64,000 nucleotides of DNA from Diplonema japonicum (lineage: Eukaryota; Protista; Euglenozoa: Diplonemea). Positions 22,451-35,173 of this stretch are shown one piece after another. The stretch lies in contig OZ025677.1 in the NCBI GenBank assembly GCA_964019335.1, positions 496,001 through 560,000 of the forward strand. Reading direction: 5' to 3'. How positions within the stretch are numbered: the stretch's first letter is position 1; every line of letters begins with the position of its first letter. The translations under genes were made by a program, and so were the position numbers. Under the pieces are notes generated by a model. The model was not told the DNA's origin. It searched no databases and saw only the letters and a list, made by a program, of their open reading frames with translations.

Positions 22451-22849
22451 GTGACACACCAGCATCGGGAAATAACTGGCGTGTTGGGTGCAGACGTGAG
22501 CCTTATTGGGAGACATGCACTGTCTTTGGCAGCTAAAAAAAAAAGAGAAAAAAAAAAAGAAGAAACAAAAATTTCTTATTCATTTTTTTTAAAAAAAATT
22601 TTTTTTTTTTTTTTAAATACCCTTCTACATATTACATGACTTAAAAAAAACCTGATGTCTGACTAAATGGTCACGTAATAGGATAAAAAGCAACAGGGAA
22701 AAAATTGATAAAGATTTCGGTGTGCGGGTGGGTGCTCACCCGTGAAAAAAAGAATATAAAATAAGGAGCTAGCGAGGGAAAAAAAAAGAAAATATTGTTG
22801 CTGCAGCATCTTCGAGCAGCAACCATACAAAAGCAAAGAGGACCACCCC

Positions 22850-23010
22850 TTTGCTTGGCGCACGAGCGGTATTTTATTTAAATAAAATGCTGCCATCAAA
22901 ACAAAAAACAAAAAAACACCGTGTTGTGCGCACGAGCGGAATCTTACCTAATAAAATAGCTCATTACGCTGCCATCAACTAGTTTTTAGTCTCGACAATA
23001 ATATTGTTAA
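22850..23010. mobile_element. Repeat family F end (inverted relative to 50281-50365); possibly Crypton-like
   Basis: AATAAAATAGCTCATTACGCTGCCATCAACTAGTTTTTAGTCTCGACAA(T/C)AATATTGTTA is the reverse complement of 50281-50340. Confidence 0.7.
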
Positions 23011-23609
23011 AACAAAAAAAAAAAAAAAAAAAAAAAAAACATCACGATCTTTTTTTATGAGCTCACGTCCGGAAAAATTAAATGTCAACAAATGACCCTC
23101 CTAGGTAGCAAAAAAACCCCAAACTTCTAAGTAGAAAAGTAGTCCGACACCACTTTGTGCAAACGATTCAATTTGGAAATTACAAATAACCCAGACTCTT
23201 ATTTTTTTTATTTTCGTTTCGAGGAATAGACGCAGATTGAAAAATCTGTGAAACCTCAAAGAAAAACCTCAGCATTTGTGGGAGTAAACCGGCATTTTCT
23301 GCTTGGGGGAGGGGCGGAAGGTAACCACATTAACTCTCCTCGTTTTTCAATGACCTCAACGAAGCAGAGTGCCTTGAGCAAGTGGCTCATGTAGCTCCCA
23401 TTGATTGCTGTTCGGAGTAGTAAAAGCCAGCATTTCAGACTAGAAGAAACGGGGTTCCGTGGGGTAGTTTCTTCTGCTCCCTTGACCCCATCCTGCTGAT
23501 CGCCCGCTCATCCAGATTTTTTTCGTTTATTACAGTATTTCTTTTTCTTTTTTTTTTTTTTTTGTTCATTAGCGTATTAGTACTTTTATTCGGAAATAAA
23601 TTCGTCGGG

Positions 23610-23654
<45 letters not shown>

Positions 23655-23739
23655 AGATGCTGCACCCAAAGAAGGGGAAGCAATTCTGGGAGAGTTATCC
23701 CAGCTCCTCACGAGCTTCAAATTTAAAAATTCGCCAGTA

Positions 23740-23773
<34 letters not shown>

Positions 23774-23887
23774 AAAAACAAATAATTCGCCATCACGCAT
23801 GGGCGAATGAGAAGTACTCGTTCTTGGACTCTATATATATGGAAATGGAAAATATTCTGAAGCGAAATAACTTTCAAAGAACATCTT

Positions 23888-24134
23888 CCTCCGGGGGGGG
23901 GGGCTATGTTGGCAAGGAAACGCGTTTCCAAGCTATTTTGGGGACGCTAAAGCCTTGAATTGGTTTTCATAAAAAAAAAAAATTATTATTTACTATGATT
24001 ATCCCAAGAGCCCAAAGCAAAAGAACGTGTCAAGAGCTACGACAAGTGACCTCTCTTCACCTCGAACCAAACTGCCCTCTTCCTTGCACTCTATGTAAAT
24101 GCTTCTCGCCAACATAGCCCTAGGGGGGGGGAGG
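23888..24134. mobile_element. MITE-like element with GGGCTATGTTGGC/GCCAACATAGCCC inverted repeats
   Basis: Perfect 13-bp inverted repeat; interior shares two blocks with 13899-13927 and 15102-15180. Confidence 0.55.
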
Positions 24135-24440
24135 CGGTTGCCCAAGAAAACTACAAAAAAAAGAGAAATTAAAAAAAAAAAACGAATTAATTTTAGGTTT
24201 TTCGAACTTTTTTTCCCCCCCGTTGCATAAGTCGACGGGGTTGACTCGCCTATTTCCTTCTTTTTCTTTCTCATTTCTTCAGAAATTTCTTCACTCCGGA
24301 AGCCCTATTATCTAATTGGTTACGTCTCATAATAAATTTGGGCTATAACTTAATTTCTGGGGATTGGGGTCATAATTTGATCGCAAAAAAAGCTGCTCGT
24401 AAGTGCCCTTTCAGCAGGTAGAAGAAAGAAAAAAAAAGAT

Positions 24441-24748
24441 GTCTTTGAAGGGAACCTGCAGTATGTGACAGGATCGCCTAAAAAAAGAAACGAAAAAAAC
24501 TCAAAGTACAGGACAAGCCCCCCGCTAGAGGGCCGCCCTATGGGAGGGGGGGGTCTATCTGTTAATACTCCCCTTCTGGAGCATTGCTTTCATCCCGATT
24601 GTGGCTGCGAGCGTCTTGCGGAGTCGTGTGATGCGATCCCGCTTGTAGGCGGCCTTCAAATCCATCAGCTTGTCGTGCGTGGACTGGGTAGCAAAAATGG
24701 GCCTCCTGGAGAAGCCTATAGCTGCCTTTCCTCCTATGGCGATGAGGG
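24441..24748 (-). mobile_element. 5'-truncated copy of the non-LTR family (ORF C-terminus + 3' end)
   Basis: GFSRRPIFATQSTHDKL...QKGSINR* aligns with GYSSRPVFASPATRHIL...QKGSIKR* (18492-18695); same 3'-end motif as 18441 and 8229. Confidence 0.8.
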
Positions 24749-25007
24749 AAAAAAAAAAAAAAAAAAAAAAACAAACCAGAAACAATCAAACAATTCAAAC
24801 ACGCAAAAAAAAAAGGGGGGGGGTTTTTTTTTCCTCGCAAACTCTTCTTTTTTCTTTAAGGACAATAGTACCAACAGAAGTGTTTAAGTGGTCCCTAGAA
24901 TTAAAGGCGGGGGGTCCGAAGGTAGTCAGTCACTATACCCTGCCTTTAGGCGTGAGCGCGACAAAAAGTATTAATAAGTTTAATCAAAGAAAAATATAAG
25001 TTTTTGT

Positions 25008-25280
25008 TCAGTTAAACAATGGGTAAACAAAAAAGGGGGGGGGAGGCAAGCCCTCAGAACTGTAAGGTGATTCAAATCCTTCTTCCTCCTCCTCGTAGTA
25101 CAGCATCACATCTTCCAGAAGATCCTCACTGCCTTCCGCATAGCCGAAGGAGACCTTCTTCTTTCGTGGATAAGAGATGGCCAAGAATAGCTGTTCCTGT
25201 TCGCTTAAAATCCTCACCCTGGAGGCCCATTCGAATACCTCAAGTTTCCCGGTACAGCAATTGGCCTGCAGAGTCCGCAT
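25008..25280 (-). CDS. Small acidic hypothetical protein, 90 aa, with KKVSF (RVxF-type) motif
   Basis: ATG directly after a long oligo(A) run, coding-like composition, KKKVSF followed by an acidic tract; C-terminal end uncertain. Confidence 0.45.
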   Translation of the reverse strand: MRTLQANCCTGKLEVFEWASRVRILSEQEQLFLAISYPRKKKVSFGYAEGSEDLLEDVMLYYEEEEEGFESPYSSEGLPPPPFFVYPLFN

Positions 25281-27145
25281 TTTTTTTTTTTTTTTTTTTG
25301 AAAAAGTAAAAAAAAAACCTTTTTTTTCTTTTTTTTTTTTTTTTTTTTTTTCATTTAGCGGCGGCCCCGGTTCAAAAATGGGTTTTTTTCGATAGACCTG
25401 CGATACTTTTTGGCCGGTTTTTTTGACCCTTTTTTTTTGGGCGTCCTCGTCCCCTTGCCATCCCGGGTACCTGTGTCTCGCGAACCAGGTTGTTGTCTGG
25501 AACTATGTTTGATAGAAGAAGCACATCGTGGCTTTCAACTGATACTAAAACCGCTCGCCCCGTGATTAATAAAAAGAGAAAAATTCCTCACAAAAGGGGT
25601 AACCCCTGCCCCCCCGTGGGCCTACCGCAGGCACAAGAAATTCGCCGGTCTACGTTGTCCGGCGACGTTGTCAAAAAGAATTGCTGACGAGCTCATATGA
25701 GTTAAAGGAGTCTTTGTGCCCCCTTGTTGAAAAAAATAAAATAAAATTCTGAAGTGTTCTACAAAACCCGGCTCGAATTAAATAAAATAACAGATTCTGC
25801 TATTAAAGGGGGCTTTACCCCCGCGGGACAGGAGAAACGGCCGCAGGAAACAAAGTCCACTTTATTCTACCAAAATCAACAGTTAGACCGGCGATCGCCG
25901 GTCTATCCCCACCTTACCGGAGAGCCTGATTTAGCCTAGAGCCCTGGTTCAAAACGAGCTTTCAAAAAAAAAAAAAAAAAAAAAAAAGTCTCCTCTAGAG
26001 TCTGCTGTGGCTATACAGTCTCCCTGGTGTCATAGTTGATGGGAAAAGAATTTGTCTTGAGCTTGAAAACAAGACTGATGTCTTACCGCATTTTTCAAAA
26101 AGAACTGCTTAATCTGGCGATCGCTTAGTTACGAAAAATAAAAAAAAAATACTTAAAACTTAGCAATAAAAGAATAATATCGTACAAACACCCATAGCAA
26201 GAGGGTCGTGTTAAGTGGAGTGAAGATTATAAAGAAGAAGATAAATAGTTGCGAACACAAGGAGGTGTCTCCGACACGAAAGTAGGGGAAAGAGGTTGGG
26301 GATAGACATAGAAAAGAACAAGACCAAAAAAAAAAAATAGGACGATAGGACAATAAAAATATCTCGCGAGGAATCTTTTTTTTTTTTTCGTATCTCCCCT
26401 TGTGTTGAGTCAATAAAATGTGGGGGAGGGGGGGGGGGGGGATGGAGGAAAAGATTCTAGAGTTAAAAATAAATTCTGCAAAGGGGCCAACTCTGATACC
26501 AAAATATGTGCTTCAGATATACAAAGCCCCCCCTCCTGTTTACTGCACACGATGGAAAAATAAAGTAAACTCGATAAGATTATAATGCCGATGTCAAGAA
26601 GAATTTCACATGAGGGGACGGAATCTGGGAGAAGAGTGGCCGCTGCTGGAGCTCCAGCCCGTTCCTTCGTTTACCGATAATATAATCAGATCGCTTACCG
26701 CTTACCGCACAAAAAGATTCGGAAGAGAGGATGGGGTCATCAGGCTCAAGACCCCGGGCATCAATAATGTCCTTACTTCAGATCTTGAGTATCCATGTTT
26801 GCCCAGTGTTTGGGAAGCCGCAAGGCTCAAGAATTGCAAGAGATTTCCCTGCAATGCCAAGGTGCCTCCAGAAAGGCCCCCCCCAGCCCCAAGCCGAAAT
26901 GCCGGCTGGTGTACATCCGGTCTTTTTTTCGCTTCCGCGATTTGTCACTCCGGTATTTTTCCCGGCATTTTTCTCTCCGGAATTTCTCGTTTTACAATAT
27001 TTCTTTTTTTTTTTTTCTCCCTCCCCGCTTCCTTCGATAGGTTTGGGGGAGGGGGGGTAAAATAACTTTCTTTTCCTGTTTTTTTTTTTTTTTTTTTTTC
27101 TCTCTTGCCCTACGGGAATAAAAAAAAAATTATTTTTTTTTTTAA

Positions 27146-28902
27146 CCCATAACACTCCAAGGCGCAAATATTTGTCGTTTTGAAAAATCGTTTTTTTCTC
27201 TAAGTACTTTTTCGTCCCCACGACCCCTGGATCTCCAAGAACGACTATAGTGAGGAGTTATTTTCAACTGCAATTCATGTTGCACTGCATCACTTTACCT
27301 TGTTATCCACCCACCAAGTGGGTCCCAAATCCGAGTGGATAGGCGAAAAAACGCAAAATAACGGGTGTGCAGACTGTGTCCAAAAAACGCAAAGGTAAAG
27401 CCAAAACAGCTACGGACGAGGTCCAACCTTCATGGGGAAGGGAGTTGGTACCCATAGAGACCATAAAATAGGCCGGTGGGGGGGAAAAAAGCTGTCCCGT
27501 GGTGCGCAGAAACCTGACGACGCAAAATGATTATTCCTTCGGTTTTTTGATAAGAAGTTCACAGACGTCATCCAAGAAGAGACAAACAAGCATAAGGACG
27601 CTGAGATTGATAAGATTTCGACCCAGGACTCCACCGCTTTCTCGGATTGAGCCCAGAATTAGCAAACGTATTGGTCCACAGGACCCATGAAAATCCCCCT
27701 TTTCAGTAACACGAAGCCCAGGAGACGCTACTGGGAAATTAAAAGTAGCCTCCACTTCACTCACACAGAAGAGTCAAACGGTGATGTGTTGTGGAAGACA
27801 CGAGGGTTTCTGGACAGAATTGGTAACAAGTGGGCAAAAACAGCAGTGCCAGGAAAATATTTAAGCATTGACGAGACACTCGTACCGTCACGGGGCAATT
27901 GGGGGGGCTTGGGGTCTACTGTCCTCTCAAGCGTAAGAGATATGGCATAAAAATAAACTGCCTAAACTGCGTGAGCACGGGTTATCTTTCGCGTTTTCAC
28001 ATCCACGCCACCAAAATCGAGGGGCACGCACTTGAAGATTTCAGTGTCGTGGAAAAGGTGGTGCTGGGGTTAACGGGGAATTTTCGGGGAACGACAACAC
28101 GGTAGTTTGCAATAACTACTTTTCGACTGTGGGTCTGGCCGAAGCCCTGTGAAAAAACTGTGAGGGGGCTTGCATCGTTGGAGTGTTGCGGACTCTTCTG
28201 GTGGGCCCTAGAAGTGACAATAGTTAACTGCCATGCACTTTAAATAAAATATGGTTAGGGTTCAGCCAAAGAGATACAAAACCCTGGCTGCTTTTAAAGA
28301 GCGCTTTCGAGAGAGCCTAAATGATGGGTCCAGCGTTGCAAAAACACCACTCCCGGCACCCAACTAGTGGAGCACACACACCCGACACCCCAGATTACAC
28401 CAAATGTGACCACCAACCACTCAAAGGGGGCAACTCCAGGTTCTGCAGGTTGAAAGGATGACACAAAACGCACAATCTACAAATGCTACACCTGTAACCA
28501 ACACCTCTGTCCAAATAAGTGCTTTTTTCGTACCACTCTTCCATCACCCCAAAAAGGCTTCTTGACGATTTCGAGGCCGATATTCCACCCGCAAATAGGC
28601 ACTTCTCTCGGTCTGAGACATCTGAGGGGTCCTGATGCTGCTTTTTTTGTCCCAAGATGCTCAATTTACACCCCCCCGTGCACAACCCATTTTGACATGG
28701 TCGTTTTTGAGCACCCTACGGCCATTCAACTCTTCATCCCCTTTGTATTTTTATTAATTTTTGAGCTTTTTTTTAAGTTTTCCTGGTCCAAAAAACCCGT
28801 TTTACCTGCAAACGGGGGTTAAATGCTGCCATTTTCCCCGTCAAATTATGAAAAGGAGCAAAAAAGGGACCCCTATGTAGATAGGCCCCGGAGTGTTATG
28901 GG
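27146..28902 (+). mobile_element. piggyBac transposon, copy 1 (1757 bp), transposase pseudogene
   Basis: TTAA|CCCATAACACTCC ... GGAGTGTTATGGG|TTAA; broken DDE_Tnp_1_7 motifs PGKYLSIDETLVPSRG, YCPLKRKRYGIKI, VVCNNYFST and Cys-rich end TIYKCYTCNQHLCPNKCF. Confidence 0.95.
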
Positions 28903-28975
28903 TTAAAGAAAAAAAAAGGGAGGGAGAAAGGAAGGGCAAAAATCATTTTCTTTCTAAATTTTCTTTTCTTTTTTC

Positions 28976-30241
28976 TTATTTATCTCGCATCATCTTTGTC
29001 TTCCCAAGCACCCGACTAGCGTCCGACACGACAAACCCAAACCCTGCCAGCACCACCAACCCGAACACTGTTGCAGCTTCGAGAACAGGCGCAAGCACAC
29101 AACAAACAGCACCCGTGACAACAGACACCCGCTTAGTCTCCCCCAACGGCAGTACAGTTCGAATAATCGCATCGGCCACGTTAGCAGAAGCACGAGTGGC
29201 GTACGAAATGGGCTCTTTCGACACTCGCTTAGCAAAGTAGTGATACGGGGTCAGGCATCTCACTGACATCGGTAGCGCAGTGTAAATAACCGACAACAAC
29301 GAAAATCGTACACAAAAGTAAAGAAACCTCACATTAGACACGGATGAACCGAGTCCATATTCACGGGCAAGGTTTCCGGGTAGCAAACAAGCTGCGTCTT
29401 CTTGAAGCCATCTCATGGACGGCGCGAGAAAAGGGTGCGCGGGCTTAAACAAAAACGAACCTATTTCAACAGCAGCACGTGAAGGCACAATAAGCTTCTT
29501 CCCGGTTTCTTCGTCTTCATAAATCCCGTTTGCAAGCATTTCAAGAAGCTGTTCCTCTGTTTCCGGTGTATCCGGCATCCCTTTGTCCAACCCGAACAGC
29601 GGTAACATATTCGCTTGCCCCTTCACGAACTTATCACGTGCGTCCTTTGAAATATCACCGAACAGATATCTGTAAGACTGTAGGTTGGATTCTACTAGCG
29701 TCATCCACACCCATCTCAAGGCGTAAGCATCTGCTGCATTGTATTCGTCGCCCTTTTGGTACAATGATGAAGTCGGTAGTTCGGTAGTTAGCTTGCCTTT
29801 TACGTTTGAGTGAAGTCTGCTTACTGCTAAAGACGCGTTTCTAGTGCAGGCTTCATCACCGAAGATCAGTCTGAACATGTAGTAGAACGTTCTATAGAAT
29901 CGTGCCTGAACGCCGTCGTGTGTAATTCTGCTGTGTGTTTTGACACCGTCTGCGACGAAGGGGTGCGCTGTTTGTGCCAGAGCCGCCTTCCCGCCGAACA
30001 AGAATCCGAAGGATTCGCGGAGGATGGCCATTCGCTCTCGTACCTGTCTTTCCGTCTCGTTCGGCAGCGATACCGGGCCGCAGGTGTCGCCGTTCCCCTT
30101 CACCTTTATCCCTGTTTTGTTTTTCAGGTTTCGAAGCCTTTTTTCGTACGAGCGGAAGAACGTGTGGGTGTACCAAACCCTGCAACACAGCCTTCCAAGA
30201 ACGTACAGAACAGCACACAGAAGTGCAGCGTGCATTACCAT
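28976..30241 (-). CDS. DUF2236 / MpaB-Lcp-type oxygenase domain membrane protein, 421 aa
   Basis: QTAHPFVADGVKTHS, RFYRTFYYM, RLHSNVKG, YNAADAYALRWVWMTL pattern; hydrophobic N- and C-terminal segments. Confidence 0.88.
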   Translation of the reverse strand: MVMHAALLCAVLYVLGRLCCRVWYTHTFFRSYEKRLRNLKNKTGIKVKGNGDTCGPVSLPNETERQVRERMAILRESFGFLFGGKAALAQTAHPFVADGVKTHSRITHDGVQARFYRTFYYMFRLIFGDEACTRNASLAVSRLHSNVKGKLTTELPTSSLYQKGDEYNAADAYALRWVWMTLVESNLQSYRYLFGDISKDARDKFVKGQANMLPLFGLDKGMPDTPETEEQLLEMLANGIYEDEETGKKLIVPSRAAVEIGSFLFKPAHPFLAPSMRWLQEDAACLLPGNLAREYGLGSSVSNVRFLYFCVRFSLLSVIYTALPMSVRCLTPYHYFAKRVSKEPISYATRASANVADAIIRTVLPLGETKRVSVVTGAVCCVLAPVLEAATVFGLVVLAGFGFVVSDASRVLGKTKMMRDK

Positions 30242-31358
30242 TTTTTCGTTTTCTTTTTTTTTTATTAACTTTGTTTTTTAAGAAAAAAAACTTCTTATAA
30301 ACTAAGGACTTGGACATCAACGGAAACACCTGCGACGAAGAACCGGGAGATGGAAGAAGAAGAGGAGGTAAGGAGTAATCATTATCACGAAGGCACACGA
30401 GGCAGAGGAGGGTTTGTGAAGAAAGGCTTTAGCCCAACGGAGATGGCACAGCTGGTGTCGGAGATGGGTGGAAAAAGGCTAGGGGTTGACCTTCGCCGCC
30501 ACAACAGAAAGGAGCATGAAAGGAAGCGGTGTGGTGTTAATCGATAGAAGAAAACAAAACAATGAAGAAGAAGAAAAAAAGGAAAAAAAATCTAACCCGA
30601 CACAAGGGATTGGAAGAGGGGGGGGGGGGGGGGGAGAAGGGCAACAGGTGAAAAAAAAGCAACTGTGCGTGAGGCGTGGACGAGATAGGGGGCGCGGGTG
30701 ACAGGAGTAAGAGCGTGAAAAAGAATCCTTTTTTTTTTTTTTTTTTTTTTTGTTCACAAAAAAAAAGAAAAAGAAAAATGACGCTGATTATCGTGTACAA
30801 GTATTGAAAGGCACGAATTTAGGATTGTTTTCTCTTTTTTTTTTCTCTTCTTCTTTTCTTGGCACCTCTCCTTTACTCAACCCCCTGTAACAACCAAAAA
30901 GGAGGAAGAAAGAAAGAAAGAAAAACGATTTACAATTAACCCTTAAGGACGGGAGATTAGAAGAAAAACCTATTTTAACCGCCACAAAAAAAAAAAAAAA
31001 AGAAAAACATACATAGCGCGTTCCGTAATACATCTCTCTTTTTACCACTCTTCAGCCTTCAGTATGCCAGATACCAAAGGTTCGTGTTTTTTCTTTTGGC
31101 TTGTTTTACTGCTTATCACAGTTTACCACTCTAGAACGGTCCTGACTTATTAGAAGGAATTTACACCAAAAAAAAAAAAGATCAAGTGCCAAGGTTTTTT
31201 TTTTCCCTTGCCTTTTTTCCTAACGCGTTATGTATGATAAAAAAGGCGATGTTTAAAGGTCAAATCCCGCCTGAGGACCGCCCTTAAAAAAAGAGGGGGG
31301 TGGGGGGGGTGGGAGGGAAAGGGTGACAAACTTTCTTCCCCCCCCTTTTTTTTTTTTT

Positions 31359-31410
31359 TTACTTCACCTTGTCGATCTCGAGTTCCTCTTCGACCTCTGG
31401 TGATCCCTGT

Positions 31411-31445
<35 letters not shown>

Positions 31446-33450
31446 TTTTTTATTTCACTCTTCGTCATTTTCTTCACTCACTAGGGGCCTCATTATTTAA
31501 CGCGAAATGGCCATTATTTAACGCGAAATCGCCATTATTTAAGTAGTTAAATAATGAGATTTTGCAGTTAAATAATGGCCCTTCAGAGTGGAAAAATGAG
31601 TCTAGCCGTGGAAAAAAATGCACCCAACCCCTCGAAAAATCTTTTTGGGGTGGGGGTATTTTGACTATTTTTGGCCATCTGAGGCCATTCCAGCCCTTAA
31701 AAGTGGGAATAAGTGCCTTACTTCCCCTTTAAATGCCACGGCGAAATAGCAACCCCATATTACCTTAGGAAACTCCCCAAAAAGCTGACCTGCGTGAAAA
31801 AAAACAGCAGTGAAAGCAGTGAAGAGTGAGTGACTCAAATGACGAAGAGTGAAATAAAACGACTTACTTGCCGCCAAATGAGCCATTATTTAACTCTCGT
31901 TACCCGTTTTTTTGCACTCGGGCCCTGCGGGCCCTCGTGCAAAAAATTCGGGAACTCGAGTTAAATAATGACTCATAATTTGTTGGCAATAAATAGTTAT
32001 TTTTTTTGACAAGGGACTATGAGAAACGCATGAAGGAGATGATCAAAGGAGAAACCCAACTCAACACGTGGCAAGATGGCTATGGGTCCGTGCCAGACGC
32101 CCTGCCATTCCCGGAACCAGAATCACAGGTTTTCAAAGCCACAGGGACGAGTCGCGGTACTTCTTTCAGCTCTTCGACGACGAAGCGGGTGGCTTCTTGA
32201 TCGAGCACATCAAAGTGCATCACGCGAAGACCCCAAGATACTTCAGAACTAGATCTCGAGAGGAACGAGCTTTTGAAATGGATCGGGTCACAGGGAGTTG
32301 GACGATTACTGGTCATTGGACCCTTGTGAAGAAATGCCGATTTTCAGAAACATGCCAAGGAACCGTTTTTTAAAACGATCATGCGGTACCTGCACCTTGC
32401 CAATCCTGATGACGAAGATACTGGCAAGCTGCGTCTCGTCCGCCCGTTCATCGATCTTGTGAAAGGGAAATGGGCAATGACCCCTGAACAAAATTTGTCA
32501 GTGGATGAAAGTATTGTACGTTTCAAAGGACGCTCCCACCTCCGTCAGTATTGTCCTGAGGATTCAAAAAGTTCACCCTCAACGAAAGCAGCACGGGGTA
32601 CTGCCTCGACATGATGGTGTACAAAGGGCAGGGGTCGACACCTGCATGGGAAACACCGAAGGCTGTTGTAAGAAAGCTCCTCTCTGCATATGAGGACAAA
32701 GGTTACCACTTATATGTTGACAATTGGTATAGCAGTGTTCAGCCCTTCCGGCGAGATGAGAGAAGTGGGAATACACTGTGGAACGATGTCTGCCCGACAT
32801 GAGTGCCATGGAAAATGGAAAAAAAATTCGCCCCCCCCCTTTTTCTCCCCTTGACATACAGACGGGGTAATACACATAAGCACCAAAGCAACGCATCCAA
32901 AGATTATAATACAAGCCAGTACACCAATACCAACCCACAAAGTGTTGGTAATAGGGAAGTCATCATCGGACGGGGCAGGGGTTGCTACAGGGTCGATTGA
33001 CACATTCACGAAGGTGGCCTGGAAAATGGCAGAAAGCTCGGACGAGATTCCCGTAATGGAGGTAAGCATGGCTGCTTGGGTTGTTGTGTTCTGGGATTGC
33101 GTCTCATAACCGACAGTGTAAAAAGTAGAATTGCTGATCGAGGTTTCAACAGCAGAGCCAGTAGCGATGCAAGCAGCACACCGCCACACACCGTCGGTGT
33201 CCGTCCCGCACACCTGCGTACAGGAAAACGTAACACCTTCTGCCGCTTGGACCATTCTGTTTTGTGCTGCGACTGTGCCTCCTTGCATATTGCTGACGAC
33301 TCCATTTTGAAACCAAATTGTAATATTCTCAGCAGGAGGCGGGGGTGGTGCTGGTGTGTTCAGCACCACTGGGCCGTTTATGCCTGGCCATGGAGTTGGC
33401 TGTGTCACCGCCACTCCTACAACCCCGAGCAAGATTGCTATTCGGGTCAT
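31359..33450 (-). CDS. Type-I membrane protein, 212 aa; join(33450..32860,31406..31359)
   Basis: Signal peptide, Pro-rich linker, TM helix LWVGIGVLACIIIFGCVALVLMCI; donor GTATGT at 32859 and acceptor ACAG at 31407 give the in-frame tail GSPEVEEELEIDKVK*. The unspliced alternative would stop at 32710. Confidence 0.8.
31449..32000 (+). mobile_element. Crypton-like non-autonomous element, family E (intronic)
   Basis: Left end TTATTTCACTCTTCGTCATTT is inverted at about 31837-31858; long palindrome 31884-31970; ends AATAAATAGTTA like families A and C; repeated CATTATTTAA motifs. Confidence 0.65.
32008..32810 (+). pseudogene. piggyBac (PGBD4-like) transposase remnant, different family, intronic
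   Basis: IMRYLHLAN, KLRLVRPFID, NLSVDESIVRFKGRSHLRQYCP, GYHLYVDNWYSS; frameshifted, no TIRs seen. Confidence 0.9.
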
Positions 33451-34916
33451 TTTTTTTTTTTTTTTTTTTTTTTTTTTGTATTTTCTATGGGTTTTGATAG
33501 GAATGGGGAGGTAATAGAAAAATGAAAAAGAAAGGGAAAGAAAAAAAAAAGAGAAAGAGAGGGGAAAAAAAAAAAAAAAAAAAAAAAAAAGTTTTTTTTT
33601 TTTTTTTTCCTTCTTTCTTTTTTTTTTTTTTTTGTCTGAGAAAGGAGTAAAACAGGTGCGAAAAAAATTGAAAAAAAAAAAAAAAAAAAAAAAATAGAAT
33701 GGGAGCTAAAATGAGAAAGGAAGGAAAAAAAGAAAAAAAAAATGAACCGAAGGGAGGCAGAAATAGTGAATAAAAAAAAGGAACAAGCTAAAAAAAAAAA
33801 AAGAAGAAAAAAAACGGTTTTCAGTAGAGCTCCTTATTCGTCAAATTGCGTAGGCGGCAGACTGTTCTGCGCAAAAATCTTTTTTTAAAAAAAAAAAAGA
33901 AAGCCCGTTTATATTAATTGCTTTTTTTTTTGATATTTCTTTTTTTCTTCTTCTCGCATTGCAACGGAAAATAATAAATGAGTAAAAAAAAAAAAAAAAA
34001 AAGGAAGTTTTTAGTTATTTACGCTGTATTGCTGGATTGTTTACTTTTTCTTTTTTTTCCTCTTTTCTTTTCTTTTTTTTTTTTTTTTTTAAATCTTTTC
34101 CTGAAAACCGTACATTGCCAACGGAAGTTTTTTTTTTTTCTTTTTTTTTTTCTTTCTCTTTAATATAAATTGTTAATTGTGGTTTCAGCTTTGTCGAAAA
34201 AAAAAAAAGAAAAAAAAAAGAGAGAAAAAAAAAAAGAAAAAAAAGGAAAGTTAGACCTTCCCAAACAAAAACAAAAAGCAAGGAGAAAAAAAAATATTTT
34301 TTTAAAAAAAATAAGCGGATTCCAAGTGACAAGAAGGGAAGGGGGAAAGAAAAAAGAGGTAAAAAATAAAGCGGTACCCCCCTTTATTTCTTATTCTGTT
34401 TCCCCCCTTGTTTTTTTTCTGCGCCACCCCTTCTTTCTATTTTCTACTTCATGTAGAATATCACCTGTGAGGGGGATGTAAAAGTACTATAATGCAAAAG
34501 GGGGCAAACCTACGCTCCTTAAGGAAATACACGTATTCTTCAAAAGAGAGAGAAATAGAAAATTTAAGAAAAAAGAAAGACAAGGACCGTCAAAACTAAA
34601 ACAGGACTTCTTTTTTTTTTTTTTTTTTTTTTTGTGGCTTTCTTTTCGTAATTCTGTTTTTTCTTTAATTTAAACAAGATAGCGAGGGGAAAAGGGAGCA
34701 GGAAGAGAAGGAGGATGGAAAAAAATAGATTCTCATTTTTTTTTTTTCTCTTTTTTTTTTGGATTAAAAAGAAATATTGTTTTAGAGAGTTCAAAAAAAA
34801 AAAGAAAAAAAAAAAAAAAAAAAGGAAAGAGATGAAAAAAACAAGAAGATAATGTTTGAAAAACACACAAAAAGCCATTCCACTACCCATGTATAAATAA
34901 GAAGAAAAATTAAAAA

Positions 34917-34953
<37 letters not shown>

Positions 34954-35173
34954 ACGGGGGGGGGGGGGGGGGGGGGGAGAGTATGTACCAAACTCAAGTA
35001 TGCATTTGTACCCAGATTAAATCATATGAGGAAGAAAACTGGGTTTTGAGATAACACACATATGAGAAGAAAAAAAATTTAAAAATAAGTACTTCCTCCC
35101 CCCCCCCCCCCCATTGGTTTTGTGATTTTTCTCTTTTTTCTTCTTTTCTTTTTTTAAATGTGCTTTTTTTTAT

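Noticed and set aside
25351-27060. Possible degraded DNA transposon (ORF 26610-27065, repeated CCGGNATTT motifs)
   Set aside because: No TIR pair, TSD or transposase motif could be established.
31486-31580. Repeated CATTATTTAA units as a CRISPR-like array
   Set aside because: Units are short, partly inverted and lack unique spacers; they are subterminal motifs of element E in a eukaryotic context.
32710-32859. C-terminal extension of the 33450 ORF as given in the track
   Set aside because: Runs through homopolymers into an antisense piggyBac remnant; a spliced model fits better.
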